Source: Planctomycetota bacterium (GTDB lineage: Bacteria; Planctomycetota; UBA8108; SXIK01). Taken from it: 64,000 nt of DNA. Position numbers and translations under genes: made by a program. The notes beneath the pieces were generated by a model. It was not told the DNA's origin. It was given only the letters and a program-made list of their open reading frames with translations, and made no database searches. Location of the stretch: positions 4,224,001-4,288,000 of the forward strand of contig OZ244999.1 of the NCBI GenBank assembly GCA_965223265.1. Reading direction: 5' to 3'. Below are positions 29,704 to 40,072 of this stretch, piece after piece. The first letter of the stretch is position 1; each line of letters starts with the position of its first letter.

Positions 29704-30095
29704 CCACCACCCCTCTCTCCGAACACCTCAGAGATCCAGAAACCGCGGATAATCGGCGGTTTCTGAGCCGAGTCTCCGCCGTCCGTGAAACACGTGTTTC
29801 ATCGTAACGTGCGGGAGTTCCCCGAGACTCGAGCTTCAAATCCTCAACCTGGCCCGTTGATCTTCTCTCCGAATCCGAAGATCGTGCATTCGTGAATCGA
29901 AGCCGCCTTCAACGAAAAGGTATCGACTTCTCCCAGAAGGTGATCCCTCGATCCGTAACTCCGCGTATTTCGCGGAGAAAGCATCGCTCAGAAAGGCATC
30001 GACTTCTCGAAGCATGCGCGTCAAACCTTTCCCGAACTTGTAACCGCGCGAGATTCGCGGTGTAAGAGGTCTGTTGTGTTTTCGCGGCAGCGGAG
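29704..30095 (+). repeat. Island non-coding repeat family, copy E
   Basis: AGAAACCG...CGGTTTCT (29738-29764), perfect 16-bp palindrome TGAAACACGTGTTTCA (29786-29801); colinear with copy B over more than 300 nt. Confidence 0.85.
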
Positions 30096-30339
30096 GTGAG
30101 CTGCTCGCGAACTCCTCGTTGAGGCACGAGGACGGTGGTGGCGACGCGGTATGTGGGTGGTGAACTCCAGCCCCCGTGGCCTGGCGACCACAGGTCAGTG
30201 CTCTTGTACGAGCCCAACACTGATGCCATAATTCTGTGTGGCGACAGCGGAACTATCGCGCCTCGCTGCGTGTCCTAAGCGAAGTCTGCAGCGCAGCTTG
30301 GGATGACGCAGGTAGAGTATAGCAACGCATCTAACCTGG

Positions 30340-31095
30340 GTGGCCAAAAGAGTGGTGGAGCCCCGAAAACTCGCGAATCCGCCGATCGTCGAAGCGCTGG
30401 TGGACTTTCAGGTCACCTTGCCCGATGGATTCGATCCGGAATCGCTGGCTCGTCTGGGGTCGGAGCTCTCCGAGTACCCGAACGCCGAACCAAGACGCCT
30501 CGTCGAGAGTTTCGTCAAGATCCAGAAGCACTCCGCGGAGTCGAGCACACGCCAGGGACTACACGGCTACTGGTTCAGGAGCAGCGACAAGTCTCGCTTG
30601 GTCCAGTGCCGTACTGACGGGTTCACGTTCAACCGTCTGCGACCCTACGACGATTGGGAGACGCTTAGTTCGGAAGCGTTTCGCGCGTGGGATCGCTATG
30701 TGTCCTTCGCACGACCACTCCGGGTAACGCGCGTGGCGTTGCGTTACATCAATCGGTTCAAGCTGAAGATCGAAGTGGGAGGGCCGGGGTTTGACGAGTT
30801 CCTGGAAGCGCCCCCACAAGTGCCGGAGGGGCTCAAGCCGGGAGAGATGAACCGTTATTTTTCTAGGCTGACTCTCGTCGAGCCGGGGTCGGACATCCGG
30901 TCGAACGTTTCTCAAGTCGTCGACCCTCCGACCGGGGGCACGTTGACCGTGACACTCGACATCGACGTGTACAAATCGGGGGAGTTTGGCGTTGCCCGGG
31001 ACGACTTGGCCGGTACGCTGGAAGCTCTGCGGAAGAAAAAGAACGAGATCTTCTTCGGCAGTCTGAAAGAACGAACGTTGGAAATGTTCGGATGA
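30340..31095 (+). CDS. TIGR04255 family protein
   Basis: LANPPIVEALVDFQ, LVQCRTDGFTFNRLRPY..WE, RVALRYINRF, LDIDV, KNEIFFGSL. Confidence 0.8.
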   Translation: MAKRVVEPRKLANPPIVEALVDFQVTLPDGFDPESLARLGSELSEYPNAEPRRLVESFVKIQKHSAESSTRQGLHGYWFRSSDKSRLVQCRTDGFTFNRLRPYDDWETLSSEAFRAWDRYVSFARPLRVTRVALRYINRFKLKIEVGGPGFDEFLEAPPQVPEGLKPGEMNRYFSRLTLVEPGSDIRSNVSQVVDPPTGGTLTVTLDIDVYKSGEFGVARDDLAGTLEALRKKKNEIFFGSLKERTLEMFG

Positions 31096-31586
31096 TCGAG
31101 TTCGCCATCGGACCAGCCCATCACGGAACTACGCCTCCGGCTGCGACCGCAGTCAGTGAGGAATCGCGAGCGGTTGAACATGATCTCGCTGAGTCGTTCG
31201 AAAGCCTCCTGAGAACCTCGACGTACGTCGAGCCGCGCGAACAGGTCTTCCGTGAACTGGAAGGTGTCGCGGAAGAGTGCGGCGTCGGCAACTGGGACGG
31301 TTACGACGCCCAGCCGGTGTCCGTCGGTGCGATTGGATGCGCGTGGAAACTCCTCGACCAACTAGTCGACGACTTTCCGAACCCCGAGGTCTCGGCGGAT
31401 CCGGACGGCGAAGTGTCACTCGATTGGCTCGACGGCGCTGAGCGTGGGCTTTCGATCAGCGTGAACGCGGAGGGGCGGCTTTCCTACGCGGGTTTCTTCG
31501 GCCGGAGCAAGGCGCACGGGGTGGAGTTTCTGCAGGATGAGATTCCTGAAGCGATTATGGAAGTTCTTCGTCGCTTCGCGCGGTGA
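31092..31586 (+). CDS. Conserved hypothetical protein (NWDGYDA motif), second gene of the TIGR04255 operon
   Basis: ATGA overlap with the upstream gene; NWDGYDAQPV...PEVSADPDGEVSLDW. Confidence 0.7.
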   Translation: MIEFAIGPAHHGTTPPAATAVSEESRAVEHDLAESFESLLRTSTYVEPREQVFRELEGVAEECGVGNWDGYDAQPVSVGAIGCAWKLLDQLVDDFPNPEVSADPDGEVSLDWLDGAERGLSISVNAEGRLSYAGFFGRSKAHGVEFLQDEIPEAIMEVLRRFAR

Positions 31587-31998
31587 AGCGCGATGGAATG
31601 AGACCCCGGAACTGACCGCGACCGAGGTCCTGTCGCGATTCCTGACATCCGAAAGCAGCCACTTCAGTCGGACGAAGGGGATCGTCAAGAAGAACGCGTA
31701 CATGCCGGCTCGGGACGGTGAGACTTCGACCTTTCGGACAGAAGGACTGGCAGCGCCTCAGATCTGGGCGATCGGTGATGAGTTTGTCGCGGCGTCTCTC
31801 CGGAAACCGGTTCTTGGTCGTGGAGAGACGACAGTCGCGAACGTCACTGCGGTTGGGCTGAGCGTGAATCCCGACAACGACCCGCCGCGTCATGCGGGCA
31901 TTCGCGGGTGGCCCGAGGAAAAACACGAAAAGATGATGCTTGCCCAAGAACTCGCGAAGGTGGCGACTTTGCGATTGCGCGAGACCGAGGACTCCTGA
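31537..31998 (+). CDS. Conserved hypothetical protein, possible ADP-ribosyltransferase-fold toxin
   Basis: LSRF...AYMP...ETSTFR...PRHAGI pattern (R, S, H strand residues); overlaps the preceding gene. Confidence 0.5.
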   Translation: MRFLKRLWKFFVASRGEARWNETPELTATEVLSRFLTSESSHFSRTKGIVKKNAYMPARDGETSTFRTEGLAAPQIWAIGDEFVAASLRKPVLGRGETTVANVTAVGLSVNPDNDPPRHAGIRGWPEEKHEKMMLAQELAKVATLRLRETEDS

Positions 31999-32259
31999 GC
32001 TCACCTCGGTGAGAGTGTGGCCACTACTTCGTGGGGGCAGAGGTCGTCGTCTGGGGCGAAAAGGTTCGGCGCGGACAACCGGGCGCGCCATTCGCGGAGG
32101 AACAACCTCGTTGTGATCTCGAAAGGGCGGAGCAATCGCGGACTCCGACGCTGTCAACACGCACGGTGCTGTGAGCGCAGGCGAATCAGTTTTTTTATCT
32201 GAGCGGCCATAACACGATGGCTGGTGAGGGTGGCGAGCTCTGGCTATCATCCGCAGACG

Positions 32260-32637
32260 ATGACTTCTATTCCTCCCGAGTACCACGGCTGGTGGCGCAT
32301 CGTCGACACCGAGACCTGGGTGAACGACGGCCTCGACATGCTCGGGCCAGCGCTCCTCTCGCTCACCGGTTCGGACGATCGGCTCCGGATGCACTGCCTC
32401 CTCGCCTATGTCAACGCGAAACCGACCAAGACCGGTGTGTCGTTCAGTTGGAAAGGTGCGTGGGAGTACGACCAAGTGTCAGGGACGGGCAGCGTGAAAC
32501 TCGGTAAGGACGGCAAGCTGAAAGGCAAGATCAGGATCAAGGATGGCGACGAAAGCGCGTTCCTGGCCGAGAGAGCCGAAGAGCCCGACGACCCGATCGA
32601 CGATCCGCCGTCGTACCGAGACAAGTGGCGTCGGTAG
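32260..32637 (+). CDS. Small conserved beta-rich hypothetical protein
   Basis: GWWRIVDTETW...FSWKG...SGTG...GDESAFLAER pattern seen in mobile-element neighbourhoods. Confidence 0.65.
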   Translation: MTSIPPEYHGWWRIVDTETWVNDGLDMLGPALLSLTGSDDRLRMHCLLAYVNAKPTKTGVSFSWKGAWEYDQVSGTGSVKLGKDGKLKGKIRIKDGDESAFLAERAEEPDDPIDDPPSYRDKWRR

Positions 32638-32659
32638 TGGACTTACCTCGGGCATCTCT

Positions 32660-32848
32660 CGATTGAACCTCGGCGTCTCCCGGCCGCCTCGAGAAACCGC
32701 CGATTTCTCGACCAGTCCCGCGTCGGCTTTCCCTCCACGACGAGTCCCACCACCTCTTCGCTCCGGACGCCTGTGAGATCGAGAAACCACGGGTAATCAC
32801 CGGTTTCTGATCCGAGTCTTGGGCGTCCGTGAAACACGTATTTCATCG
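32660..32848 (+). repeat. Island non-coding repeat family, copy F (5' segment)
   Basis: CGAGAAA...TTTCTCG (32690-32710), AGAAACC...GGTTTCT (32782-32808), TGAAACACGTATTTCA (32830-32845). Confidence 0.8.
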
Positions 32849-32971
32849 ACCGCTTGCACGTCGTTACCACATACCTACCGACCAAGCCCTTGGTCAGGTA
32901 TCCTGTTCGTCGACTTGTGCAGGCTGCGTTGCAAAGCTCGATGAAGAGAAGACTGAAAGACGGCCAGGATC

Positions 32972-35440
32972 GTGGAGCAGCGGGATCGCGAGCACATTCT
33001 CAGAGAAATCGCTGAAGAGGAGTCTCGATTGACGAGCCTCGCAGAGGAGAGCGCGAGGATTCGATCGCGCCTCACGGCTCTCAGGGTCGAGCTGGAGTCA
33101 GGCGATTCGGGACCACAGCTTTCTTCTGAGCCTGGACTCTCAGCCTCGGACGCCTCGAAATCTCAGTTGACGCCGACGGAGAAGGTGACGCTCTTCCGAA
33201 GCCTTTTCCGCGGCCGGGACGACGTGTACCCGAAGCTCTGGACGAACGCCAAGACGGGGAGAACGGGATACGCGCCGGCATGTTCGAATGAGTGGGTACG
33301 TGGCGTCTGCGACAAACCACGTGTCAAGTGCGGAGACTGTCCGAACCAGGCATTCATCCCTGTGACCGAGCAGATTCTCCTGGAGCATCTTCAAGGACGG
33401 CATGTAGTCGGTGTCTATCCGATGCTCCAGGACGAGACCTGTTGGTTCCTGGCAGCAGATTTCGATAAGAGTGCTTGGAAGGAAGACGTTCAAGCTTTCG
33501 TCGAGACGTGCCAGGCACACCGTGTGCCGGCCTCCGTGGAACGCTCCAGATCAGGCAATGGAGCACACGTCTGGATCTTCTTCACTCATCCCGTCGCTGC
33601 GAACGTCGCGCGCAAGATGGGCTGCTACCTCATCACCGAGACGATGGCACGGCGTCACGAGCTCAGCATGAAGTCTTACGATCGCCTTTTTCCGAATCAG
33701 GACACGATGCCGCGTGGAGGATTCGGAAACCTCATTGCGCTCCCGTTGCAGCATGAACCGCGAAGGCTCGGCAACACGGTCTTCTTGGACGATCAGCTCG
33801 AGTCCCTTTCGGATCAGTGGGCGTACCTGAACTCCGTTGACCGGATAACACCGACGGCCGTCGAGGAAATCGCTCGGGAGGCCACGCGAAAGGGCCAGGT
33901 GATAGGCGTCAAGTTGGCCGAATCCGGTGAAGAGGAGGACGCAGCCCCCTGGACGCGTAGTCCGTCAGGTCGCTCGCGGATGGTCGAGATCACGGAACCG
34001 ATCCCCGAGACCATCCGTGGGGTTCTTGCGCAGCGTGTCTTTGTGGAGAAGACGGGACTCCCATCCCCACTTCTCAATCAATTGAAACGTCTGGCAGCGT
34101 TTCAGAATCCGGAGTTCTACAAGAAACAGAGCATGCGGCTGTCAACGGCAATGACACCGCGTGTCATCAACTGCGCTGAAGACCTTCCTGTGCATGTCGC
34201 ACTGCCACGGGGATGCGTTCCCGAACTCAAGGACCTGCTCGGCGGTCTCGGCAGCGAGTTGGCCGTCGACGACCAGAGGACGCACGATGCACCGCTGGAA
34301 CTGAACTTTCGTGGACAGTTGACCGCCGTCCAGCAGAAGGCCGCCGAAGCGCTACTTGAGCACGACATCGGTGTCTTCGTTGCGCCGCCAGGAATAGGGA
34401 AGACGGTCCTCGGGACGTATCTCGTAGCGGAACGTGGCTGTAGCACCCTGATTCTGGTTCACCGGCGTCCATTGCTGGACCAGTGGGTCGCGCAGTTGTC
34501 GATGTTTCTCGGCATCGAGCCCAAGGAAATCGGTCGAATCGGCGGAGGTAAGCGAAAGCCAAACGCGCTGCTCGACGTCGCGATGATTCAAAGCGTCGTC
34601 AGAAAGGGAGAAGTAGAGGACCTCGTCGCCGACTACGGCCATGTCATCGTGGACGAGTGTCACCACGTTCCCGCAGTCTCCTTCGAGCGTGTACTCGCCG
34701 AAGTCAAAGCGCGTTACGTCACCGGCCTGACGGCCACTCCGCAGCGCAGAGACGGCCATCACCCGATCTCCAACATGCAGCTGGGTCCGGTTCGATTCTC
34801 TGTAGATCCCAAGAGCCAGGCAGCCCGTCGTCCCTTCGAACACCGCCTGATCACTCGCGAGACCGTCTTCAACGCGTCGTCCCTCCCAACGGACGCGCCC
34901 ATACAGGACCTGTACCGTGCTCTTGCGGGCGACAAGAGCCGTAACAATCTCATCATCGATGACGTGATCTCGGCTCTCGAAGAGGGTCGCTCGCCGATCC
35001 TTCTGACAGAGCGAAAGGATCACCTCGAGTTTCTGGCGGACAAGCTCCGCGCTTTTGCCCGTCACATGATTGTTCTCCAAGGAGGCATGAGTGCGAAGGA
35101 GCGAAAACACGTGGAAGCGCAGCTCGAGGAGATCCCTGACCATGAGGAGCGGCTTCTCCTCGCGACCGGACGCTACATCGGCGAGGGCTTCGACGATGCG
35201 CGGCTTGATACTCTCTTTCTCGCGATGCCGGTGTCGTGGAAGGGAACACTCGTCCAGTACACAGGACGACTTCACCGGCTGCACCCGGACAAAACGGAAG
35301 TGCGAATCTTCGACTACGTCGACCGGGGCGTTCCGATGTTGGAGCGGATGTTCCAGAAGAGACTGCGGGGTTACCGCGCGATCGGCTACACGGCGGATGG
35401 AGGATCCGCAGACGATGAAGAGTTCGAAGGCGAAACGTAG
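32972..35440 (+). CDS. Archaeo-eukaryotic primase-like (TOTE-type) domain fused to an SF2 helicase
   Basis: LFRGRDDVY, FLAADFD, ERSRSGNGAHVWIFF, GNLIALPLQ; helicase motifs APPGIGKT, DECHH, LTAT, EGFD, QYTGRLHR. Confidence 0.88.
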   Translation: MEQRDREHILREIAEEESRLTSLAEESARIRSRLTALRVELESGDSGPQLSSEPGLSASDASKSQLTPTEKVTLFRSLFRGRDDVYPKLWTNAKTGRTGYAPACSNEWVRGVCDKPRVKCGDCPNQAFIPVTEQILLEHLQGRHVVGVYPMLQDETCWFLAADFDKSAWKEDVQAFVETCQAHRVPASVERSRSGNGAHVWIFFTHPVAANVARKMGCYLITETMARRHELSMKSYDRLFPNQDTMPRGGFGNLIALPLQHEPRRLGNTVFLDDQLESLSDQWAYLNSVDRITPTAVEEIAREATRKGQVIGVKLAESGEEEDAAPWTRSPSGRSRMVEITEPIPETIRGVLAQRVFVEKTGLPSPLLNQLKRLAAFQNPEFYKKQSMRLSTAMTPRVINCAEDLPVHVALPRGCVPELKDLLGGLGSELAVDDQRTHDAPLELNFRGQLTAVQQKAAEALLEHDIGVFVAPPGIGKTVLGTYLVAERGCSTLILVHRRPLLDQWVAQLSMFLGIEPKEIGRIGGGKRKPNALLDVAMIQSVVRKGEVEDLVADYGHVIVDECHHVPAVSFERVLAEVKARYVTGLTATPQRRDGHHPISNMQLGPVRFSVDPKSQAARRPFEHRLITRETVFNASSLPTDAPIQDLYRALAGDKSRNNLIIDDVISALEEGRSPILLTERKDHLEFLADKLRAFARHMIVLQGGMSAKERKHVEAQLEEIPDHEERLLLATGRYIGEGFDDARLDTLFLAMPVSWKGTLVQYTGRLHRLHPDKTEVRIFDYVDRGVPMLERMFQKRLRGYRAIGYTADGGSADDEEFEGET

Positions 35441-35526
35441 ACCCAAGAGCGAGCAGCGGCCTAAGAAGCGTTCTACGCGGCTTTCTGAGGCCAAGCTCGA
35501 TGCCTTGGTCAGAGAGGCGGTTGTCG

Positions 35527-35529
<3 letters not shown>
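35415..35529 (+). pseudogene. N-terminal fragment of a CcbP-like (calcium-binding protein family) gene
   Basis: KLDALVREAVVD start motif overlapping the helicase end, cut at the junction with the opposite-strand phosphorylase fragment. Confidence 0.45.
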
Positions 35530-36845
<1,316 letters not shown>

Positions 36846-36851
36846 TTATCC

Positions 36852-36924
36852 GCCCGTTGAAAAAGTCATTCGGCTGAGTGCGGGGCGACCAGTTTTCAGC
36901 TCGAAGCACTTTTGAACGGGCTGT
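36852..36924. mobile_element. Internally deleted MITE copy in the katG-oxyR intergenic region
   Basis: GCCCGTTGAAAAAGTCATTCGGC...CGAAGCACTTTTGAACGGGCTGT, same ends as 47496-47656. Confidence 0.75.
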
Positions 36925-37081
36925 TCAGCTCGACAAACAATGCGGACCGGCCAGTCACGTCTTTTGGAAGTATTGGAGATTTCAAATGATTCCTCCAATG
37001 CATTCTGACACTATGATTAATGCTCTGAATGCATGGGCGGGGCGCCCCCTCAAAACCAGCCAACAATTTGGGAAATCCGCG

Positions 37082-37948
37082 ATGGAATTCGATCAGCTCC
37101 GCTACTTTCTCCGCGTCGCCGAACTGATGAACTTCACCCGAGCGGCGCAGGCACTTGGCCTTTCGCAGCCCGCACTCAGCCGTTCGATTCAGAAGCTGGA
37201 AGAAGAGCTCGGACAGCCAGTGTTTGAACGCAAGACGCGATCCGTCTCTTTGACGGATGCTGGCACGTTGCTGCAAGCCCGAGCCCAGCAAGTACTCGCG
37301 ATCCTTGAAGACACGAAGGCCGAGATCACCGACGACGGACAAAGTGGTCGCGTGCGTATTGGCGCCATCCCAACCATTGCGCCTTACTTCCTTCCGGAAG
37401 TCCTGCGACAGTTCTCTGTGGAGTTTCCGAAAGCGACTCTCACCGTGCAGGAGAATACGACCGACGCTCTGCTCAGAGGCTGCACGCAAGGGGAAATCGA
37501 TCTCGCAATTCTCGCGTTGCCCGTGCCCGCCAAGTACCTCGAAATCGAAGAGTTGTTCGAAGAGGAGCTACTGCTCGTCATTCCGCCTGACCATCCGTTG
37601 GTTGACAAGGCGAAGATTCGGCTGAGCCATGTGGAACCTTATCCCTTTGTCCTGCTCGACGAAGCGCACTGCTTGTCAGAGCACATCGTGTCTTTCTGTC
37701 GCCAGCGTTCCTTCCAGCCCGTGGCGGTCGAGCGAACAAGCCAGCTGGCGATGGTGCAGGAGTTGGTTTCCCTTTCGCACGGAGTCTCAATGATTCCGGC
37801 GATGGCACGAAAACTCGATCAGAGTGACCGGCGAGTGTATCGTTCCTTCACAGGCCGAAAGCCGACTCGCACAGTGGCCGTCGCATGGAATCCTTACCGG
37901 TTTCAGAGCCGCTTAATCGACGCCTTCCGCAAGTGTTTGCGGCGCTGA
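37082..37948 (+). CDS. oxyR: LysR family hydrogen-peroxide sensor OxyR
   Basis: LysR HTH (NFTRAA...[17 protein letters not shown]); [15 protein letters not shown] retains both redox cysteines at OxyR spacing; divergent from katG. Confidence 0.82.
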   Translation: MEFDQLRYFLRVAELMNFTRAAQALGLSQPALSRSIQKLEEELGQPVFERKTRSVSLTDAGTLLQARAQQVLAILEDTKAEITDDGQSGRVRIGAIPTIAPYFLPEVLRQFSVEFPKATLTVQENTTDALLRGCTQGEIDLAILALPVPAKYLEIEELFEEELLLVIPPDHPLVDKAKIRLSHVEPYPFVLLDEAHCLSEHIVSFCRQRSFQPVAVERTSQLAMVQELVSLSHGVSMIPAMARKLDQSDRRVYRSFTGRKPTRTVAVAWNPYRFQSRLIDAFRKCLRR

Positions 37949-38191
37949 AAGCCGAATGGCGCCGCGGTCGGTTCAACAACACGAAACTCCGATTCGATAC
38001 TCGCTGCTTGAGCACGCCGGGAGATGGTCCTGACCGCTACACGCGGATCATCGTCAAACGCCACGAGCCTGCTGCTAGTGTCCACAGACTTCCCAGCGCA
38101 GAACCCGCGGCATCAAGATGAGACACGCGTTTCAACCGTAGCGATCGAGACAACCCCTGCTCCTCGTCTTGGTTGGTCACGGGAAGCGCTC

Positions 38192-39493
38192 TCACCGCGA
38201 GTGCCGAGGTGCGATCGCCATGGAAGCAGGACCGTGCCCGGTCTTTATGAAGAACGGGTGCCGTTTCAAAACGAATCCGTCAACATCGAAAACGGCGATG
38301 CGATTGGACACGCTCAGCCCCACAAACAGCTTGTCGCCTTCAGGCGTAAACTCGATTCCCTGGGGTGGGCCCTCGAGAGGAGTATGGTAGAGCAGGCGGG
38401 CTGGCTTCGTAGTCAGATCAATGACACCCAGACTGGATGCACCTCCGATTCCAAGCACCGAGTCGTAATCCAAACAGCTAACGACTGCCATTCTCCCGGT
38501 CGGGTGAAACGCCAGACTCTCCAACCCATCTCCCACCTGCGGCACGATCTCAGTGACCATTGGCTTGTCCAACGTAAGATCGATGCTCAGCACTCCATCC
38601 AAAGTACCCTTACCAGGTATTCCCCAACCGTTGAGGGTCAAGGCTCGCTTCCCATCGGGGCTGATACGCGGTGCGAACGGCTTGTCAACTCGAGCTCTCA
38701 CGCCTGGTTTGACTTTGACTTCGCAGACGTAACAGATCTCGTTGCCGAAGTATTTGAAAGCATGAATGCCGTTGGTCACGACCTTCCCCTCGGCATTCCG
38801 ATGAAAGCCGTGTGTGATGATCCAGTCGCCTCTTGGACTCAGCGCGAAGGAGTCGATGTTGACTGGTGAGGAGTGCGACCGCAGCAGCTTTGGTACGCCC
38901 TCATCTACTCCAAACTCCTTGAAGGACTTTGTGCAGCCGACCAAAGCTCTCTTGCCGCCCGGATGCGCAACGGCGTGCCAGACCTCCTCGTCAAGAGCGA
39001 ACCGTCTCACAACCGTCAACTCGGGCGAAGCCAGGTCCAGGACAGTGACTATATTGCTCAGACGGGCCGAAAGACGCTGCTTCTCCAGGTCTTCCTTCGT
39101 CAGGTCGTCGTTCGAAATCGGCTCACCTTCGGGACTATCCAGCCGCGCCTGTACGGCTCCATTGCGATCTCCGTGATTCGTGACGAAGCCGTACCGGCCA
39201 CTTCCGACAATCGCTGTGTAAGGAGCGCCCCAGACGGTGTTCGGTGCGATGCCATACACGGTCAGAACCTCGGGAGGGTGATCGGGTCCAAGGTGAATCA
39301 CTGTTATGGAGTCTTTGACGAGCTGCCGCTTGCCAACTTCCCCTTCTTCGCTCCTCGTGAATACGCTCTCTCCGTCGTTTGCGCTGACCAGAGTGACGGG
39401 GGTCTTGGTCGTGAGGAATGGTGGGTTCTCAGCGTTCAAACCCCTCCCCAGCTCCCACGAGACCAACAAGACGAATGCGAGAACGATTTTCAC
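38192..39493 (-). CDS. Secreted beta-propeller protein (YncE/lactonase-like)
   Basis: Signal peptide after GGAG RBS; repeated SPDG/HPTG/TPEG blade motifs. Confidence 0.7.
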   Translation of the reverse strand: MKIVLAFVLLVSWELGRGLNAENPPFLTTKTPVTLVSANDGESVFTRSEEGEVGKRQLVKDSITVIHLGPDHPPEVLTVYGIAPNTVWGAPYTAIVGSGRYGFVTNHGDRNGAVQARLDSPEGEPISNDDLTKEDLEKQRLSARLSNIVTVLDLASPELTVVRRFALDEEVWHAVAHPGGKRALVGCTKSFKEFGVDEGVPKLLRSHSSPVNIDSFALSPRGDWIITHGFHRNAEGKVVTNGIHAFKYFGNEICYVCEVKVKPGVRARVDKPFAPRISPDGKRALTLNGWGIPGKGTLDGVLSIDLTLDKPMVTEIVPQVGDGLESLAFHPTGRMAVVSCLDYDSVLGIGGASSLGVIDLTTKPARLLYHTPLEGPPQGIEFTPEGDKLFVGLSVSNRIAVFDVDGFVLKRHPFFIKTGHGPASMAIAPRHSR

Positions 39494-39548
39494 AGCGCTC
39501 TCCAGATTCCTATCGTGCGCCACGGACAAGCCAAAGCGAGTTTTGAAA

Positions 39549-39690
39549 CAGCAGGCTCAACGTGACGACCAGAGTGAGCACGCGCCTCTCTCCTTTTCGT
39601 TCGATATTCTCTTCGATCGGAGAGGTCGGATCAACGGGGTCGAGGTTCGAGCTTTGGATCTCCGGTTGAGGAGTCGCGGATCTTTATTCA
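39549..39690 (-). promoter_or_regulatory. Repeated sigma70-like promoter/RBS module, copy 3, with an orphan signal-peptide start
   Basis: Minus strand TTGATC (39634-39629), 17 nt spacer, GAGAAT (39611-39606), AAAAGGAGAGAG, then GTG and codons for LTLVVTLSLL, matching MITVVVTLSLL at 6549. Confidence 0.6.
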
Positions 39691-40072
39691 CCGCAGGGTG
39701 CACAGGGCATCCGGTGCCTGAGCGATGGTCAGTTCCTTAACAGACGCGCCCTGCCCGCTCTTCCATCCTCGTGTCCCTTCGCCCCCATCACTTTTTAGCG
39801 GCCTTGTCCTGCAGTTGAACGTACGCAAGGCCCGCGAGCACATCGACGAGCCGCTGCTTGCCGAACCCTCGCACTTCAACCTGTCGCTCCGGGTCGTCGC
39901 GCAGGTCGGTGCGGAGTTTTCGAAGGGCCTCGTACTTTCGCTTCACGTCTTCGGTGACGAAGTCGCTGTGCGTGATTCTGTGGCATTTCGCGAAGTCATG
40001 GACAACAATGACTTCGCGCTCGATGGACGTGATCGTGCTCAGAAAGTGCGCATGCGTGGAGTCTGGATCGAT

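Noticed and set aside
29786-29801. parS site
   Set aside because: Half-sites are in the opposite order to canonical TGTTTCACGTGAAACA and are embedded in a larger repeat
10596-32848. CRISPR array or integron attC array as the explanation for the island repeats
   Set aside because: Units are hundreds of nt, irregularly spaced and partial; no cas or intI gene; no attC core boxes; intervening genes lie on both strands
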